Part shown: one piece after another, positions 20,772 through 31,846 of the stretch
Numbering within the stretch: the stretch's first letter is position 1
Layout: every line of letters starts with the position of its first letter
DNA from: an uncultured Alphaproteobacteria bacterium
Lineage (GTDB): Bacteria; Pseudomonadota; Alphaproteobacteria; Methylaequorales; Methylaequoraceae
Direction of reading: 5' to 3'
Length of the DNA: 64,000 nt
Assembly: GCA_902563505.1 (NCBI GenBank)
Contig: CACEXK010000003.1
Location: 110,318-174,317, forward strand
Program-made: the position numbers and the translations under genes
Notes under the pieces: model-generated
Seen by the model: the letters and a program-made list of their open reading frames with translations, nothing else
What the model was told of the DNA's origin: nothing
Databases searched by the model: none

Positions 20772-20817
20772 AAAATATAGTCTTGTCTAAAATCTAAAAT
20801 TTTATAAAGTTAACATA

Positions 20818-21693
20818 ATGTTTGAAAAAAAAGAATTATTCATATGTGCCGAAAACAATCTTATAAAAATTAAAGGCATTGATAAATTTAATTTCATTCA
20901 AGGAATTATATCAAATGATATTAATATTTTAAAAAAAAAAACATCAATTTTCTCATCGATGCTCACACCTCAGGGAAAATTTTTATTTGATTTTTTCATT
21001 GTCAATTTTAATGATAACTTTTATTTAGAGTGTAATAAGGAAAATACTCATGAAATCATACAAAAACTAAATCAATACAAATTAAGATCTAAAGTCGAAT
21101 TAGAGATAGAAAAGAATTTAATAGTTATTCTGACTAATGATAAAAATTCATCAAAAATAAAATCTATCTCCAAAAATACTTCCGTAGATTTTTTTGACCC
21201 AAGATTCAAGAAGTTTTTTAAAAGGATTTATTTAGATAAAATATTTCAAGAAAAAATAAATAATAACTCGGATTTTTTTGAAATTAATAAAATTAAATAT
21301 AATGAAAAGAGAATAAGAAACTCTATTCCAGATTTCTTTGTAGATTCTGTTAAACAAAAATCTTTACTTATGGAAATGAGATTCGATGATTTAAATGGCA
21401 TTTCTTGGGAAAAAGGTTGTTTCCTTGGACAAGAAATAACTGCAAGAATGAAATATAGAAATATTATAAAAAAAAAATTAGCTTTTATATCTATTAAATT
21501 TAATTCAAGATTAGCAAATGAAATTATTTGCAAAAACAATATCATTGGCACATTGCTTAGTCATACTAATAATTATGGAATTGGTTATGTAAATACCGAG
21601 TTTCTAATTAATAGTAATAAAGAAAAGATAATTTGCGGTGATTCAATAGTTAAAATATCAAACCCTTGGTGGAGTAAGATTGCTATCCCCTAA
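20818..21693 (+). CDS. ygfZ: Folate-binding protein YgfZ (GcvT-like)
   Basis: KGCFLGQEITARMKYR matches the KGC(Y/F)xGQE signature of YgfZ. Confidence 0.75.
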   Translation: MFEKKELFICAENNLIKIKGIDKFNFIQGIISNDINILKKKTSIFSSMLTPQGKFLFDFFIVNFNDNFYLECNKENTHEIIQKLNQYKLRSKVELEIEKNLIVILTNDKNSSKIKSISKNTSVDFFDPRFKKFFKRIYLDKIFQEKINNNSDFFEINKIKYNEKRIRNSIPDFFVDSVKQKSLLMEMRFDDLNGISWEKGCFLGQEITARMKYRNIIKKKLAFISIKFNSRLANEIICKNNIIGTLLSHTNNYGIGYVNTEFLINSNKEKIICGDSIVKISNPWWSKIAIP

Positions 21694-22579
21694 TTTTTTT
21701 TTTTAAATATAAAAGTTGTGAGAAAGGATTTTCTTTGTAATCAAATTTGCTTTTTAATTTTCTTAATCCATTCAAACCAAACTCTGTAAGCAAACTTTTT
21801 TTTATCCATTCACAATCTTGATCGAATCTTCTTTTTTTCAATCTCTCTTTTTTTTTCAACCAGTTCCACCTATTTTGAACCTCGAAGACTAAATCCTCAA
21901 AACCAAGATTTTTGTGAGAGGATGTCTGTATAATACTTATAGGCCAATCATTTTTTCTTTCAAAAAAACTCTTACTTGCCAACAAGTCAGAAAAAGTTAG
22001 ATTTGACAAACTGTCCATGTCACTTTTCGTAACTGTTATTATATCAGGAATCTCGAAAACGCCTGACTTCATAAATTGAATTGTGTCTCCACCTCCTGGT
22101 TGTACGCACAAAATCACAGTATCAACAATATCTTTTACACTAGTTTCCGATTGTCCAACTCCAACTGTTTCGATTATTATATAATCAAATTTCGACCTCA
22201 TTACTATCATAGATGGGAATGTTAATTCAGAAATACCCCCTAAATAGTCTTTTGCAGCCATTGATCGCACAAAAACATTTGTATCATTTGGATCCAATAA
22301 AAACCTAGTTCTATCTCCTAGAAGAGCACCACCCGAGTTATTTGAAGAGGGATCAATTGCGATAACTCCAACTGATTTTTTTTTTTTTCTAAAATTTCTT
22401 ATTAATTTGTCAATTAATGTTGACTTTCCAACACCAGGTGGACCTGTAACACCAATTACATGAGATTTTGGTGAAGAATGATAACTATCTAAAGTAACAC
22501 TCATTTGATCAGAATTCTTTTCAATCTCAATTGACTCTAGCATTTTTGATAATTCAATTTTCTTTTTTAAACTTTTCAT
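21683..22579 (-). CDS. meaB: MeaB/ArgK-type G3E GTPase (methylmalonyl-CoA mutase chaperone)
   Basis: P-loop GVTGPPGVGKST and an ETVGVGQSE switch motif. Confidence 0.75.
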   Translation of the reverse strand: MKSLKKKIELSKMLESIEIEKNSDQMSVTLDSYHSSPKSHVIGVTGPPGVGKSTLIDKLIRNFRKKKKSVGVIAIDPSSNNSGGALLGDRTRFLLDPNDTNVFVRSMAAKDYLGGISELTFPSMIVMRSKFDYIIIETVGVGQSETSVKDIVDTVILCVQPGGGDTIQFMKSGVFEIPDIITVTKSDMDSLSNLTFSDLLASKSFFERKNDWPISIIQTSSHKNLGFEDLVFEVQNRWNWLKKKERLKKRRFDQDCEWIKKSLLTEFGLNGLRKLKSKFDYKENPFSQLLYLKKKIRG

Positions 22580-22581
22580 AA

Positions 22582-24603
22582 TTAATTATCTAAAAGTGAA
22601 AAATTATAGTGAGAATTTAGGTTGTTTCTACATTCCAAAAGAAGATTTTTTCTATTTTTTCTAATTTTTTCATCAGTAACATTTACTTGAACATTATCTA
22701 GAAAATCATTTATGGGTTTTGCAATTCGTGCATAAATTTCAAGATTATCATTATCTTCATTTTTTTTAATCTGCAACCTAAGTTTTTTTATTTCTGAATA
22801 TAGTTTTTTTTCCTCTTTAACCTGAAAAATAGACTCTACAACAGATGAAATTTTTGCTGAGTTCTCTGTGATAGAATTGAGTCTTTTAAAAGCACTCATA
22901 AAAAACTTACCCTTATGCGAATTTAAAAAATTATCAAGCTTCTTCACTTTGATAAAGCTTTCAAATGGATTAATTATTTTTTCTATCAAGTTTGCTCTAA
23001 CCAAAGAGTGATTATATCCTTCTTCAATAAAATAACCTTCAGTTCTTTTATTAAAAAAATCAAAAACAATTGTTAAGTCAACTCTCTCTTTTATATTTTG
23101 TTTTTTGTAAATTAATCCGCACTCTTCAAATAGAATATTTAAATTCAAAGAAATTCTATTCTCAATTAATATTTTAATTATAGATAAAACATTCCTTCTC
23201 ACTCCAAAGGGATCGCCAGAACCTGATATTTTTTTTTGTGTGGAGAAAAAACCAAAAATACTATCGATTTTTTGAGCTAAGGATAAAATAACTGAAATAT
23301 TTATTTTTTTATTATTAATTGTATTCTTATATTGGCATGCAAAAGCATCACAGAGCTCACTGTCAAGACCTTCAAGTTTGGCATAATAACCTCCAACTTG
23401 ACCCTGAAGAGATGGAAATTCTTTTACAACTTCAGTCGTTAGATCAATATTTGAGAAAACTAAATTTTTTGAATAACGCCCAATATTATATGAAATTAAT
23501 TTTGATATAATTTTACAAAGATCAGAAATTCTTTCTGATCTATCTTGCAATGTTCCGAGGTTATCATAGAAAACTATAGTTGATAGCTTTGCATATCGTT
23601 CACTAAAACTTATTTTTTTATCTTCATTCAAAAAAAACTGAGCATCACTAAATCTAGCTTTTAGAACATTTTGATTTCCAGATATGAGTTTATCCTTTTT
23701 TGAAAATTCTTTATTAGATACAAATGCAAAGAAATTACTTAATTCATTATTTTTTTTTCTGAAACTAAAATTATCTTGTTTTTCAGTGATAATTGTTTCA
23801 AGAATAAAGTCAGGAATATTGAAAAAAGTTTCATCAAATTTGCCAAAGAATATATTTGGCCATTCAACTGAGTCTGACACTTTTGTCACCAAGGTGTCGC
23901 TGAATTTGTAAATTAAATTGTTTTTTTTACAAAAATTATCTAATTGTTTGTAAATATTTTTTTTTCTATCTTCTCCATCTATTTCTACAAATTTTTCTTT
24001 TAATTTTTTTTTGTAAGAATCTACATTCCTACATTTAATTTGATTGGTTGAATAATGATAATTTCCATAAAAGAAATTACTTGCACTAATTCCGGCATAA
24101 TTAAATTTGATTGTTTTTTCACCATATATGCAAAAAATATTTTTTATTGGTCTTATCCATTTCTCAGAAAAGCTTGACCATCGCATGGATTTTTTCCATT
24201 TAATATCATTAAGAATTTTTGGGATATTAATAAGTAAAATTTCTTCTATCTTTTTATCAGTCAATTCTTTATGAAAAAAAAAATATTCTTTTCCATTAAC
24301 AATTTTTTTCTTTAGATATTTTACATCTTTCACATTATTAGACCGCATGAAACCATCTAAAGCAATTTCATTAGCTGAGGTTCTTGGTCCTCTAATCTCA
24401 GTTTTTTTAGAATTTTTTTTTTTTAATAATTGTTTTGCTAAAATACAGATCCTTCTAGATGTAGAATAAACTTCAAGCTCTGAGAAACTAATTTTTTCTT
24501 TTAAGAAAAATGATTCAAAAATCAGTCTGAACTGCGATTTCATTAAGCTCTGACAAGAGGTTGGAATTTCCTCTCCATAAATTTCTAATAAAAAATCATT
24601 CAT
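22582..24603 (-). CDS. glyS: Glycine--tRNA ligase beta subunit
   Basis: 673 aa with GlyS family similarity. Overlaps glyQ by 8 nt (alpha-beta arrangement). Confidence 0.85.
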   Translation of the reverse strand: MNDFLLEIYGEEIPTSCQSLMKSQFRLIFESFFLKEKISFSELEVYSTSRRICILAKQLLKKKNSKKTEIRGPRTSANEIALDGFMRSNNVKDVKYLKKKIVNGKEYFFFHKELTDKKIEEILLINIPKILNDIKWKKSMRWSSFSEKWIRPIKNIFCIYGEKTIKFNYAGISASNFFYGNYHYSTNQIKCRNVDSYKKKLKEKFVEIDGEDRKKNIYKQLDNFCKKNNLIYKFSDTLVTKVSDSVEWPNIFFGKFDETFFNIPDFILETIITEKQDNFSFRKKNNELSNFFAFVSNKEFSKKDKLISGNQNVLKARFSDAQFFLNEDKKISFSERYAKLSTIVFYDNLGTLQDRSERISDLCKIISKLISYNIGRYSKNLVFSNIDLTTEVVKEFPSLQGQVGGYYAKLEGLDSELCDAFACQYKNTINNKKINISVILSLAQKIDSIFGFFSTQKKISGSGDPFGVRRNVLSIIKILIENRISLNLNILFEECGLIYKKQNIKERVDLTIVFDFFNKRTEGYFIEEGYNHSLVRANLIEKIINPFESFIKVKKLDNFLNSHKGKFFMSAFKRLNSITENSAKISSVVESIFQVKEEKKLYSEIKKLRLQIKKNEDNDNLEIYARIAKPINDFLDNVQVNVTDEKIRKNRKNLLLECRNNLNSHYNFSLLDN

Positions 24604-25444
24604 ATTTTTTGCTTATCAGTTGACAGCATTTCTGGACTAAAGATCTAATTCTCAAAATGTAAGCCTGTCGCTCTGCTGCAGAAATAAGTCCACGTGAATC
24701 AAGTAAATTAAAAGAGTGGCTAGCTTTAACACATAATTCATATGCAGGAAGGGGAAGATTGTTATCAATCAACTGCTCTGAACTCTTTTCAAGACTTGCA
24801 AAAGAATCAAATAAATATTTTTCTGGTGCATATTGAAAATTATAATGGCACATTTGCTCTTCATTTGTTTTAAAAATATCACCATATGTAGTCCCGGAAT
24901 CATCCCATATGATATCAAAGATATTATCAACATTTTGAATAAACATTGCTAATCTCTCAAGTCCATAGGTCAATTCTAAACTTACTGGGTCACAATCAAT
25001 TGAACCCATTTGCTGGAAATATGTAAATTGACTAATTTCCATTCCATTACACTGAACCTCCCATCCAAGCCCTGCAGCACCAAGTGTTGGGCTTTCCCAA
25101 TCGTCTTCTACAAATTTTATATCATTAAGATCCCAGTCTATTCCTACCTTTTCTAAACTCTTGATATACAATTCTTGGGAATCCTCAGGACTTGGTTTTA
25201 TTAAAACTTGCATCTGATAATAATGTTGCAATCTATTAGGATTCTTTGCGTAACGTCCATCTGACGGTCTCCTGCAAGGTTGAACAAATACAGCCCGCCA
25301 TGGATCTTTTCCCAATGCTCTAAAAACAGTTTGATGGTGAAAAGTTGCTGCACCCACCTCCATATCCAGTGGCTGAATCAAAACACAGTTATTCTTTATC
25401 CAAAAGTCCTGTAATTTATTAATTATTTTTTGAAATGAAAGCAT
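24596..25444 (-). CDS. glyQ: Glycine--tRNA ligase alpha subunit
   Basis: 282 aa, highly conserved GlyQ (FWIKNNC ... GAGLGWEV). Confidence 0.95.
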   Translation of the reverse strand: MLSFQKIINKLQDFWIKNNCVLIQPLDMEVGAATFHHQTVFRALGKDPWRAVFVQPCRRPSDGRYAKNPNRLQHYYQMQVLIKPSPEDSQELYIKSLEKVGIDWDLNDIKFVEDDWESPTLGAAGLGWEVQCNGMEISQFTYFQQMGSIDCDPVSLELTYGLERLAMFIQNVDNIFDIIWDDSGTTYGDIFKTNEEQMCHYNFQYAPEKYLFDSFASLEKSSEQLIDNNLPLPAYELCVKASHSFNLLDSRGLISAAERQAYILRIRSLVQKCCQLISKKYE

Positions 25445-25547
25445 ATAAAAAAATTTAAACAGGAAAAAATGATTTATATAAAAAAAACATTATATTAATT
25501 ATAACATTACAAATGAAGATAAAATAGATTATTAATTAATTTAAACA

Positions 25548-26558
25548 ATGAAAATTATAAATTTAGATTCTGATTATAAAAAAGATTACTACTCAGATTT
25601 TGCGTCATGGTTGCAGGATGATTTAAACGCGGTAAACAAGATTATTTTGGACAGTCTATCCAATAGCTCAAAGCTCATATCAGATTTATCTAGTCATATA
25701 ATTAGTTCTGGAGGGAAAAGAATTAGACCACTTTTAACCTTAGCTTCTGCAAAATTGTGCGGATACTCCGGCTCAAGACATATAAATTTAGCATCTGTTA
25801 TAGAATTCATCCATACTGCGACACTTCTACACGATGATGTTGTTGATAATAGTAAAAAAAGAAGAGGAAAAGATACAGCAAATTATATTTGGGGGAATAA
25901 GTCAAGCATTCTTGTAGGAGACTTTTTATTGAGTAAAGCATTCAAACTTTTGACCAAAGACGGTTCTTTAAAATGTATAGAAATAATATCAAAAACATCA
26001 GAAAAAATATCCTTAGGAGAGGTCAAACAACTCATGTCTGTAAAAAATCTAGAAACAAGTGAATCTGATTATCTTGAAATCATTGATTTTAAAACAGCAG
26101 AATTGTTTTCAGCAGCTTGTCAAATAAGTTGTGAAATTAGCGAAATTGAGGACAAAAAAAAAAAATCATTAAGAGAGTTTGGAAAATTTCTTGGAATAGC
26201 CTTTCAGATTATAGATGATACTATTGATTATTTTTCTAGCGAAGAAAATTCAGGAAAAGAAATCGGAAATGACTTTAAAGAAGGGAAAATGTCCTTACCT
26301 TTAATACTTTCTTATAAAAGAAGTGACAGAAGAGAGAGAACATACCTAGAATATATTTTAAAAAAAGGGAGAATAATAAATGATGACTTTCTATGGGCCC
26401 AACAATTAATGAAAAAATATAATATAGAAGAAGATTGTATGAGCAAAGCCAAACATTTCTCCATAATGGCAAAAGATAGTTTAGGTACTTTTCAAAATTC
26501 TTTTGAAAAAGAAAAGATTCTTAATCTCACAGATTTTTTAATGTTTAGAAAGAGCTAA
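25548..26558 (+). CDS. ispB: Polyprenyl diphosphate synthase (octaprenyl-diphosphate synthase-like)
   Basis: First DDxxD motif LLHDDVVD and second motif IIDDTID. Confidence 0.85.
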   Translation: MKIINLDSDYKKDYYSDFASWLQDDLNAVNKIILDSLSNSSKLISDLSSHIISSGGKRIRPLLTLASAKLCGYSGSRHINLASVIEFIHTATLLHDDVVDNSKKRRGKDTANYIWGNKSSILVGDFLLSKAFKLLTKDGSLKCIEIISKTSEKISLGEVKQLMSVKNLETSESDYLEIIDFKTAELFSAACQISCEISEIEDKKKKSLREFGKFLGIAFQIIDDTIDYFSSEENSGKEIGNDFKEGKMSLPLILSYKRSDRRERTYLEYILKKGRIINDDFLWAQQLMKKYNIEEDCMSKAKHFSIMAKDSLGTFQNSFEKEKILNLTDFLMFRKS

Positions 26559-26736
26559 AATGGAATATTTTTTGCACAGAGTTCCTTATTATGAAACCAA
26601 AAATTGTAAGTACAGACGAATACCTGAAAATAAAATTTATTGAGTTTTTAACAAAAAACTATTTGCTGATTTTTTTCTTTTTTATAATTTTATTATTTTT
26701 TATTTAAAAAAAAAAAAAATTTATTAACTTATCCTT

Positions 26737-28068
26737 GTGGATGAATTAAATAAATTTTCAAAGAGATTTAAAAGATATGCAGATTTAGGGACTTCTGCAG
26801 GAACTGTTGCTCTAAATTTTATTGGAACAAAGGTTTTCAATAAAAAACATAAAGAGAATGCTGAAGAATTAACCAAGGTTCTTGGTAATTTGAAAGGTCC
26901 CATTATGAAAATTGCTCAATTACTTTCAACGGTTCCAGATTTACTGCCACAAGAATATATATCAGAACTGACTAAACTTCAATCAAGTGCCCCACCTATG
27001 GGATGGAATTTTGTTAAAAGACGAATGAAAAGCGAGCTTGGAAGTAATTGGGAAAAAGAATTTATTTTTTTTGAAAAAGAACCTTTTGCTGCAGCCTCAC
27101 TTGGCCAAGTCCATATGGCAAAATTTAAGAACCAAAACATTGTTTGTAAACTACAATATCCAGATATGCTCTCAATTGTGGAAGCTGACCTAAATCAGTT
27201 GAAACTAATCTTTTCAATATACAAAAAAATTGATTCCACAATTGATACCTCAGAAATTCAAAAAGAAATTTCCTTAAGAGTACGCGAAGAATTAGATTAT
27301 AAAAGAGAAAAAAATAATATGGACCTTTTTACCTCAATTTTTTCTAAGTCCAAAAATATTAAAATACCAAAGGCTTATGATGAAATTTGTACTGATAGAC
27401 TTTTATGTATGAGTTACTTAAAAGGCAAAAAACTTCTAAATTTCAAAAAAAGATCAAACTCAGAAAGGAAAACACTAGCATTGAATATGTTTAATGCATG
27501 GTATTATCCTTTTTATAAATTTGGAATTATTCATGGAGATCCTCATTTAGGAAATTATTCTGCAAATGATAATCTAGAAATAAATTTATTAGACTTTGGG
27601 TGTATAAGAATTTTCAAGCCTTCTTTTGTTAAAGGAGTTATTAATTTGTACTTTGCAATTATGAATAATAATGAAGAGCTTGCTGTCCACGCATATGAAA
27701 GCTGGGGGTTTGAAAACATTAATAAAGAATTAATTAATATACTAAACATCTGGGCTAAATTTTTGTACTCACCATTACTTGAAGATAAAGTAAGGAAAAT
27801 GCAAGAAACAAATTCAACAGCATATGGTGCTGAGGCAGCTACAAAGGTACACAAAGAATTAAAAAAAATTGGGGGAGTAAAGCCACCAAAAGAGTTTGTT
27901 TTTATGGATAGAGCTGCAATAGGCCTAGGGTCAGTTTTCCTTCACCTAGATGCAGAATTGAATTGGTACAAAGTTTTTAATGAATTAATAGATAATTTTA
28001 AAGAGAAAGAATTATTAAAAAAGCAACAAAATGTACTAAAAAAATCTAAATTGGTAAAATTTCTTTAA
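26737..28068 (+). CDS. ubiB: ABC1/UbiB-family atypical kinase
   Basis: AAASLGQVH ... HGDPHLGN motifs of the UbiB/ADCK family. The frame requires a GTG start. Confidence 0.8.
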   Translation: MDELNKFSKRFKRYADLGTSAGTVALNFIGTKVFNKKHKENAEELTKVLGNLKGPIMKIAQLLSTVPDLLPQEYISELTKLQSSAPPMGWNFVKRRMKSELGSNWEKEFIFFEKEPFAAASLGQVHMAKFKNQNIVCKLQYPDMLSIVEADLNQLKLIFSIYKKIDSTIDTSEIQKEISLRVREELDYKREKNNMDLFTSIFSKSKNIKIPKAYDEICTDRLLCMSYLKGKKLLNFKKRSNSERKTLALNMFNAWYYPFYKFGIIHGDPHLGNYSANDNLEINLLDFGCIRIFKPSFVKGVINLYFAIMNNNEELAVHAYESWGFENINKELINILNIWAKFLYSPLLEDKVRKMQETNSTAYGAEAATKVHKELKKIGGVKPPKEFVFMDRAAIGLGSVFLHLDAELNWYKVFNELIDNFKEKELLKKQQNVLKKSKLVKFL

Positions 28069-28630
28069 ATTTTCTTAAGAATTTCTCTGCCAATGATAAC
28101 AATCTGTCCAATTCAGACATTGTCTTTGACAAGTCCCTACTTGAATCATTTAACCAAACATTAAAACAATAGGAGTAAATCAAAAACAAAATATTTTTTT
28201 TAAAAACATCTAATATTGATTTATCGTATCCTCTGGCGACTTCCAGATAAAAATCAAGGGTATTAAAAATATTTTTTGAAATTTGGGTTAGTAATATTGG
28301 TTTATCTTTGGTACTTCTAATTATCATCTTTAATGAGTTCTTGTAAATCTGCATTTCCTCAAACCTCAACATTATCAACTCAAACAAATTATCTTTGATA
28401 GTAGATGAATTGATATCCTGAATTGATAAATTCAATTCAACTTTATGATCTATCATTTTTGAAAATTTTTTTAATAATATTGTTTTGGTTGAAAAAAAAA
28501 AATTTACTTTTTCTAATGGTATTTTTTCATCCTTCGAAAACTTTTCAATATTAAAATCATCCCAACCAAATTTTTCAATTTTTTTGAATGCATTATTAAT
28601 TAATTTATGTTCAGTTTCTAAAGAATTCAT
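28046..28630 (-). CDS. Hypothetical helical protein, possibly TetR-fold or COQ9-like. It sits between ubiB and apt.
   Basis: 194 aa with no strong motifs. Only the neighbourhood (ispB-ubiB) suggests a ubiquinone-related role. Confidence 0.3.
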   Translation of the reverse strand: MNSLETEHKLINNAFKKIEKFGWDDFNIEKFSKDEKIPLEKVNFFFSTKTILLKKFSKMIDHKVELNLSIQDINSSTIKDNLFELIMLRFEEMQIYKNSLKMIIRSTKDKPILLTQISKNIFNTLDFYLEVARGYDKSILDVFKKNILFLIYSYCFNVWLNDSSRDLSKTMSELDRLLSLAEKFLRKFKEILPI

Positions 28631-28789
28631 TGATTTTCTGGTTGTTTTTCAAATATATATATATATTCTTGTATAGTTGTAAATATAAAGAAAAAAAAAC
28701 TGTTATGACCATGCTTTTACAAATATTTAAAACAATCTCTTGTCCAAAAAAAATTTTTAAAATTTACCTCAATAATGCTATAGAACTAA

Positions 28790-29302
28790 ATGAATATCCA
28801 AGAAATTGAAAATCAAATTAATAAAGTTCCTGACTATCCTAAGCCAGGCATACTTTTTTATGATATATCGTCGTTAATTATCAACAATCAAGCCTTCTCT
28901 GCAACTATAAGTTTACTTGCAGATTTAGTTAAGAAGTTTGATTTTAATAGTGTTGCAGCTATTGATGCACGGGGTTTTATTTTTGGTTCAGCTTTGGCTC
29001 ACAAACTCGGCTTGGGACTTGTTATGATAAGGAAAAAAGGTAAATTACCAGGTAAAGTAATTACTCAAAGTTATGAGCTTGAATATGGCACCGATATATT
29101 AGAGATAAATGTGAATACAAAAAATAAAAAATTCATACTTGTTGACGACCTCTTAGCTACAGGGGGAACTGCTGCTGCTGCAATTGAATTGTTAAAAAAA
29201 TCAGGAGGTTCTGTCAGTTGTTTTTTAGCTTTAATTGAACTTACATTTTTAAATGGTAAAAAAAAAATTGATGATCCGGTGGAAACTCTAATTCGTTATT
29301 AA
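28790..29302 (+). CDS. apt: Adenine phosphoribosyltransferase
   Basis: PKPGILFYDIS ... PRPP-binding motif LVDDLLATGGT. Confidence 0.9.
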   Translation: MNIQEIENQINKVPDYPKPGILFYDISSLIINNQAFSATISLLADLVKKFDFNSVAAIDARGFIFGSALAHKLGLGLVMIRKKGKLPGKVITQSYELEYGTDILEINVNTKNKKFILVDDLLATGGTAAAAIELLKKSGGSVSCFLALIELTFLNGKKKIDDPVETLIRY

Positions 29303-29305
29303 ATC

Positions 29306-30016
29306 ATGACTAGAGCGCATAAATTATTTCTTAAATGGCTGCTACAATTCAGTATGATTTTCTTTTTCATTTTCTTTGTTTATGATCAAGGACTAATATT
29401 TAAAATTTTATCCTCAGACAAGAGTTATATTACAAGTTTGATTATTATTTCTTTTATAGTTATCACAGGTCACTGCGCGTTTTATACATTTTTAATTTCC
29501 GATGAACTCAATAAGGCACATATTATCAAAAAAAGTCTTTTGCAGGAAAATGTGAAACTGAAAATAATTGAAGATAATCTTATTTTAACTTCTAAAGGCG
29601 AGGTTTCATCAGGAATTGTTTGTGACTATTTTAAAGATTTGATTGGTTTAAAAAAAAGTGGAGCTTCTTCACATGTTCAAATTTTAGATACATATTTAAA
29701 AAAAACAATTGGTTATTATGAGTTTGGGTGGTTTTTCTCTGACATTATGCTTAAGCTTGGATTGATAGGTACAGTAATTGGATTCATTATAATGCTGAGC
29801 TCTCTTTCTGATATCACAACCTTTGATGTGACTTTGCTGCAAGGTGTTTTAACAACCATGGGGAGCGGAATGGGCGTAGCCTTGTATACAACGCTTTCAG
29901 CATTGGTGACTGGAGTTTTAATTGCAGTACAATACTATAATTTAGAAAGTGGTTGTGAAGAGCTTTTTTCTGTTCTTAATCAGATTTCTGAAGTAAGTAT
30001 AGATAAAAGTATGTGA
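29306..30016 (+). CDS. MotA/TolQ/ExbB-family proton channel protein
   Basis: Three predicted TM segments. LGLIGTVIGFIIMLSSL followed by GVALYTTLSALVTGVLIAV matches the TM2/TM3 signature of the TolQ/ExbB family. Confidence 0.7.
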   Translation: MTRAHKLFLKWLLQFSMIFFFIFFVYDQGLIFKILSSDKSYITSLIIISFIVITGHCAFYTFLISDELNKAHIIKKSLLQENVKLKIIEDNLILTSKGEVSSGIVCDYFKDLIGLKKSGASSHVQILDTYLKKTIGYYEFGWFFSDIMLKLGLIGTVIGFIIMLSSLSDITTFDVTLLQGVLTTMGSGMGVALYTTLSALVTGVLIAVQYYNLESGCEELFSVLNQISEVSIDKSM

Positions 30017-30017
30017 T

Positions 30018-30614
30018 ATGTCCTACTCCGGAAGAAGACTACGCACAGACCCTTTCACAGATTTGCTTTTTAACATTCTTTTATCTTTTACATTGTTAAT
30101 GTTTTTGGCAATTATATTCATGAACCCTATTCCTAAGTCAGGAGTCATAAATCCAAAAGCTGAATACATAATCACAATAAGTTGGAAAGATAATAATCCA
30201 GATGATATTGATACATATGTTCAAAGCCCTACGGGGGACTTGGTTTGGTTCAGGGGTAAAGAAGCTGGTTTCGTTCATTTAGATAGAGATGATAGAGGAT
30301 TACTAAATGATACGATTGTTGTTAACGGTGAAAAAGTACAAAACCCTTTGAACCAAGAAGTTGTGACTCTTAGAGCTGTGGTTCCAGGAGAATATATTGT
30401 AAATATTCATTATTATGCAACGGTAACAAATCTTCCTGTTGATGTTAATGTTAAAGTTGAGAAAGTTAATCCGCAACTCGAAGTAATATATTATGGAACA
30501 ATAAATTTAGAAAAAAAAGGTGTAGAAAAAACTGCAACAAGATTTAATATTACACAAGATGGAGTTGTAAATGTCACAGGGAATTTATTTAAAAAATTAG
30601 TTCCAGAAAATTAG
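30018..30614 (+). CDS. ExbD/TolR-like single-pass protein with an enlarged (about 150 aa) beta-rich periplasmic domain
   Basis: N-terminus RRLRTDPFTDLLFNILLSFTLLMFLAIIFM resembles the ExbD/TolR cytoplasmic-TM region, including a TM Asp. Starts 2 nt after the MotA-like gene. Confidence 0.5.
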   Translation: MSYSGRRLRTDPFTDLLFNILLSFTLLMFLAIIFMNPIPKSGVINPKAEYIITISWKDNNPDDIDTYVQSPTGDLVWFRGKEAGFVHLDRDDRGLLNDTIVVNGEKVQNPLNQEVVTLRAVVPGEYIVNIHYYATVTNLPVDVNVKVEKVNPQLEVIYYGTINLEKKGVEKTATRFNITQDGVVNVTGNLFKKLVPEN

Positions 30615-30623
30615 GAGAGAAAA

Positions 30624-31145
30624 ATGAATGCTGAAATCTTTATTATAATAATTTGTTATGTCCTTATAGGTTTCCTATTAGTCCTGTTTAATTTAAGAAC
30701 TAATTTTAACTGGTTTATAAAGGCCACGATGATACTAGTTGTTACTTCTTTTTATCTGCTCACCTATAAATCTTTTTCAAATCTTGTTGGATGGCCATCA
30801 AACAATCCTCTCCCTGACAGATTCAGATTAGTTGCTGCACAGATATATGAACCTAACGCTCTAATTAACTCAGAGGGAGCAATATTTCTTTGGGTTACTG
30901 ATATGGATAACTTAGCAGGTTTGAGTACTCCTCGTTCACATTCAGTTCCCTACAATAAAGAAATTCACGAAAGCATATCAAAAGCTCTTGTAAATCTTAA
31001 GAATGGTATTCCTCAAATGGGAGAAAATTCCTCGGAAGAAAAAACTGGATTAATCTCAGCTATTATTAAGAAAGAAAAAATATCTAGCACAAGCTCTACA
31101 CTAAACTTTTTTGACATGCCTAATCAGCTTCTTCCTGAAAAGTAA
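30624..31145 (+). CDS. Membrane protein (2 predicted TM helices), unknown function
   Basis: 173 aa with two N-terminal hydrophobic stretches. Lies within the operon. Confidence 0.45.
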   Translation: MNAEIFIIIICYVLIGFLLVLFNLRTNFNWFIKATMILVVTSFYLLTYKSFSNLVGWPSNNPLPDRFRLVAAQIYEPNALINSEGAIFLWVTDMDNLAGLSTPRSHSVPYNKEIHESISKALVNLKNGIPQMGENSSEEKTGLISAIIKKEKISSTSSTLNFFDMPNQLLPEK

Positions 31146-31834
31146 TGAGACTATTTCTTCTATTTTTTTTATTACTATCCTGTTCTGAGGATTCATCAAC
31201 ATATTATCCATTGGATAAAATTAAATCCTGGTCGTACAGTGTTGAGATAATACCTGAGGTTGAAAAAAGAGTTTTGTACAAAAAAACAAATCTATCAATT
31301 GGGGGAAAAAAAATAAAAATTTCGGGAAAATCAAAATCTCTCTTTCCTGTAATCAGAGAAGATGGAACGACTTTTTTTTATGATATTACTGATAAAGGAA
31401 TATACAGAAATGGTGTTAAGTTTTTAAAAGATACAGAGATGAAAATTGAAAAGGAAAAAAGAATTGTTTTACCATATCCTCTTAAAAAAAATAAACAATG
31501 GGAAGTTGAGAGCAAAACATATCTTATTTTGAGAAGATATCCTTATTATGATTATAGAGCTACAACTGATTTTAGACTAAATTATAAAATACTATCCTTT
31601 AGTGAATCAGTTAATACACCACTTGGAAAGTTTCAAGAATGCTTATTAATCAGAGGAGTGGGTCAGGCCAAATTCATTGATAGCGAAATTGGATCAATAA
31701 ATATAAAAATTATTTCTGAGGAATGGTATTCAAAAAATGTTGGGTTAGTCAAAATGGTTAGAATAGAAGAAACAGACACAGACTTGTTTGGTACTACAAA
31801 GATGATTCAATTACTTGAGAATATTCAAAAATAA
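31145..31834 (+). CDS. Lipoprotein of unknown function (paralogue of 5051..5740)
   Basis: Lipobox FFLLLSCSE. TAATG overlap with the upstream gene. Paralogous to the lipoprotein at 5051. Confidence 0.6.
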   Translation: MRLFLLFFLLLSCSEDSSTYYPLDKIKSWSYSVEIIPEVEKRVLYKKTNLSIGGKKIKISGKSKSLFPVIREDGTTFFYDITDKGIYRNGVKFLKDTEMKIEKEKRIVLPYPLKKNKQWEVESKTYLILRRYPYYDYRATTDFRLNYKILSFSESVNTPLGKFQECLLIRGVGQAKFIDSEIGSINIKIISEEWYSKNVGLVKMVRIEETDTDLFGTTKMIQLLENIQK

Positions 31835-31846
31835 ATAAGTTATAAT

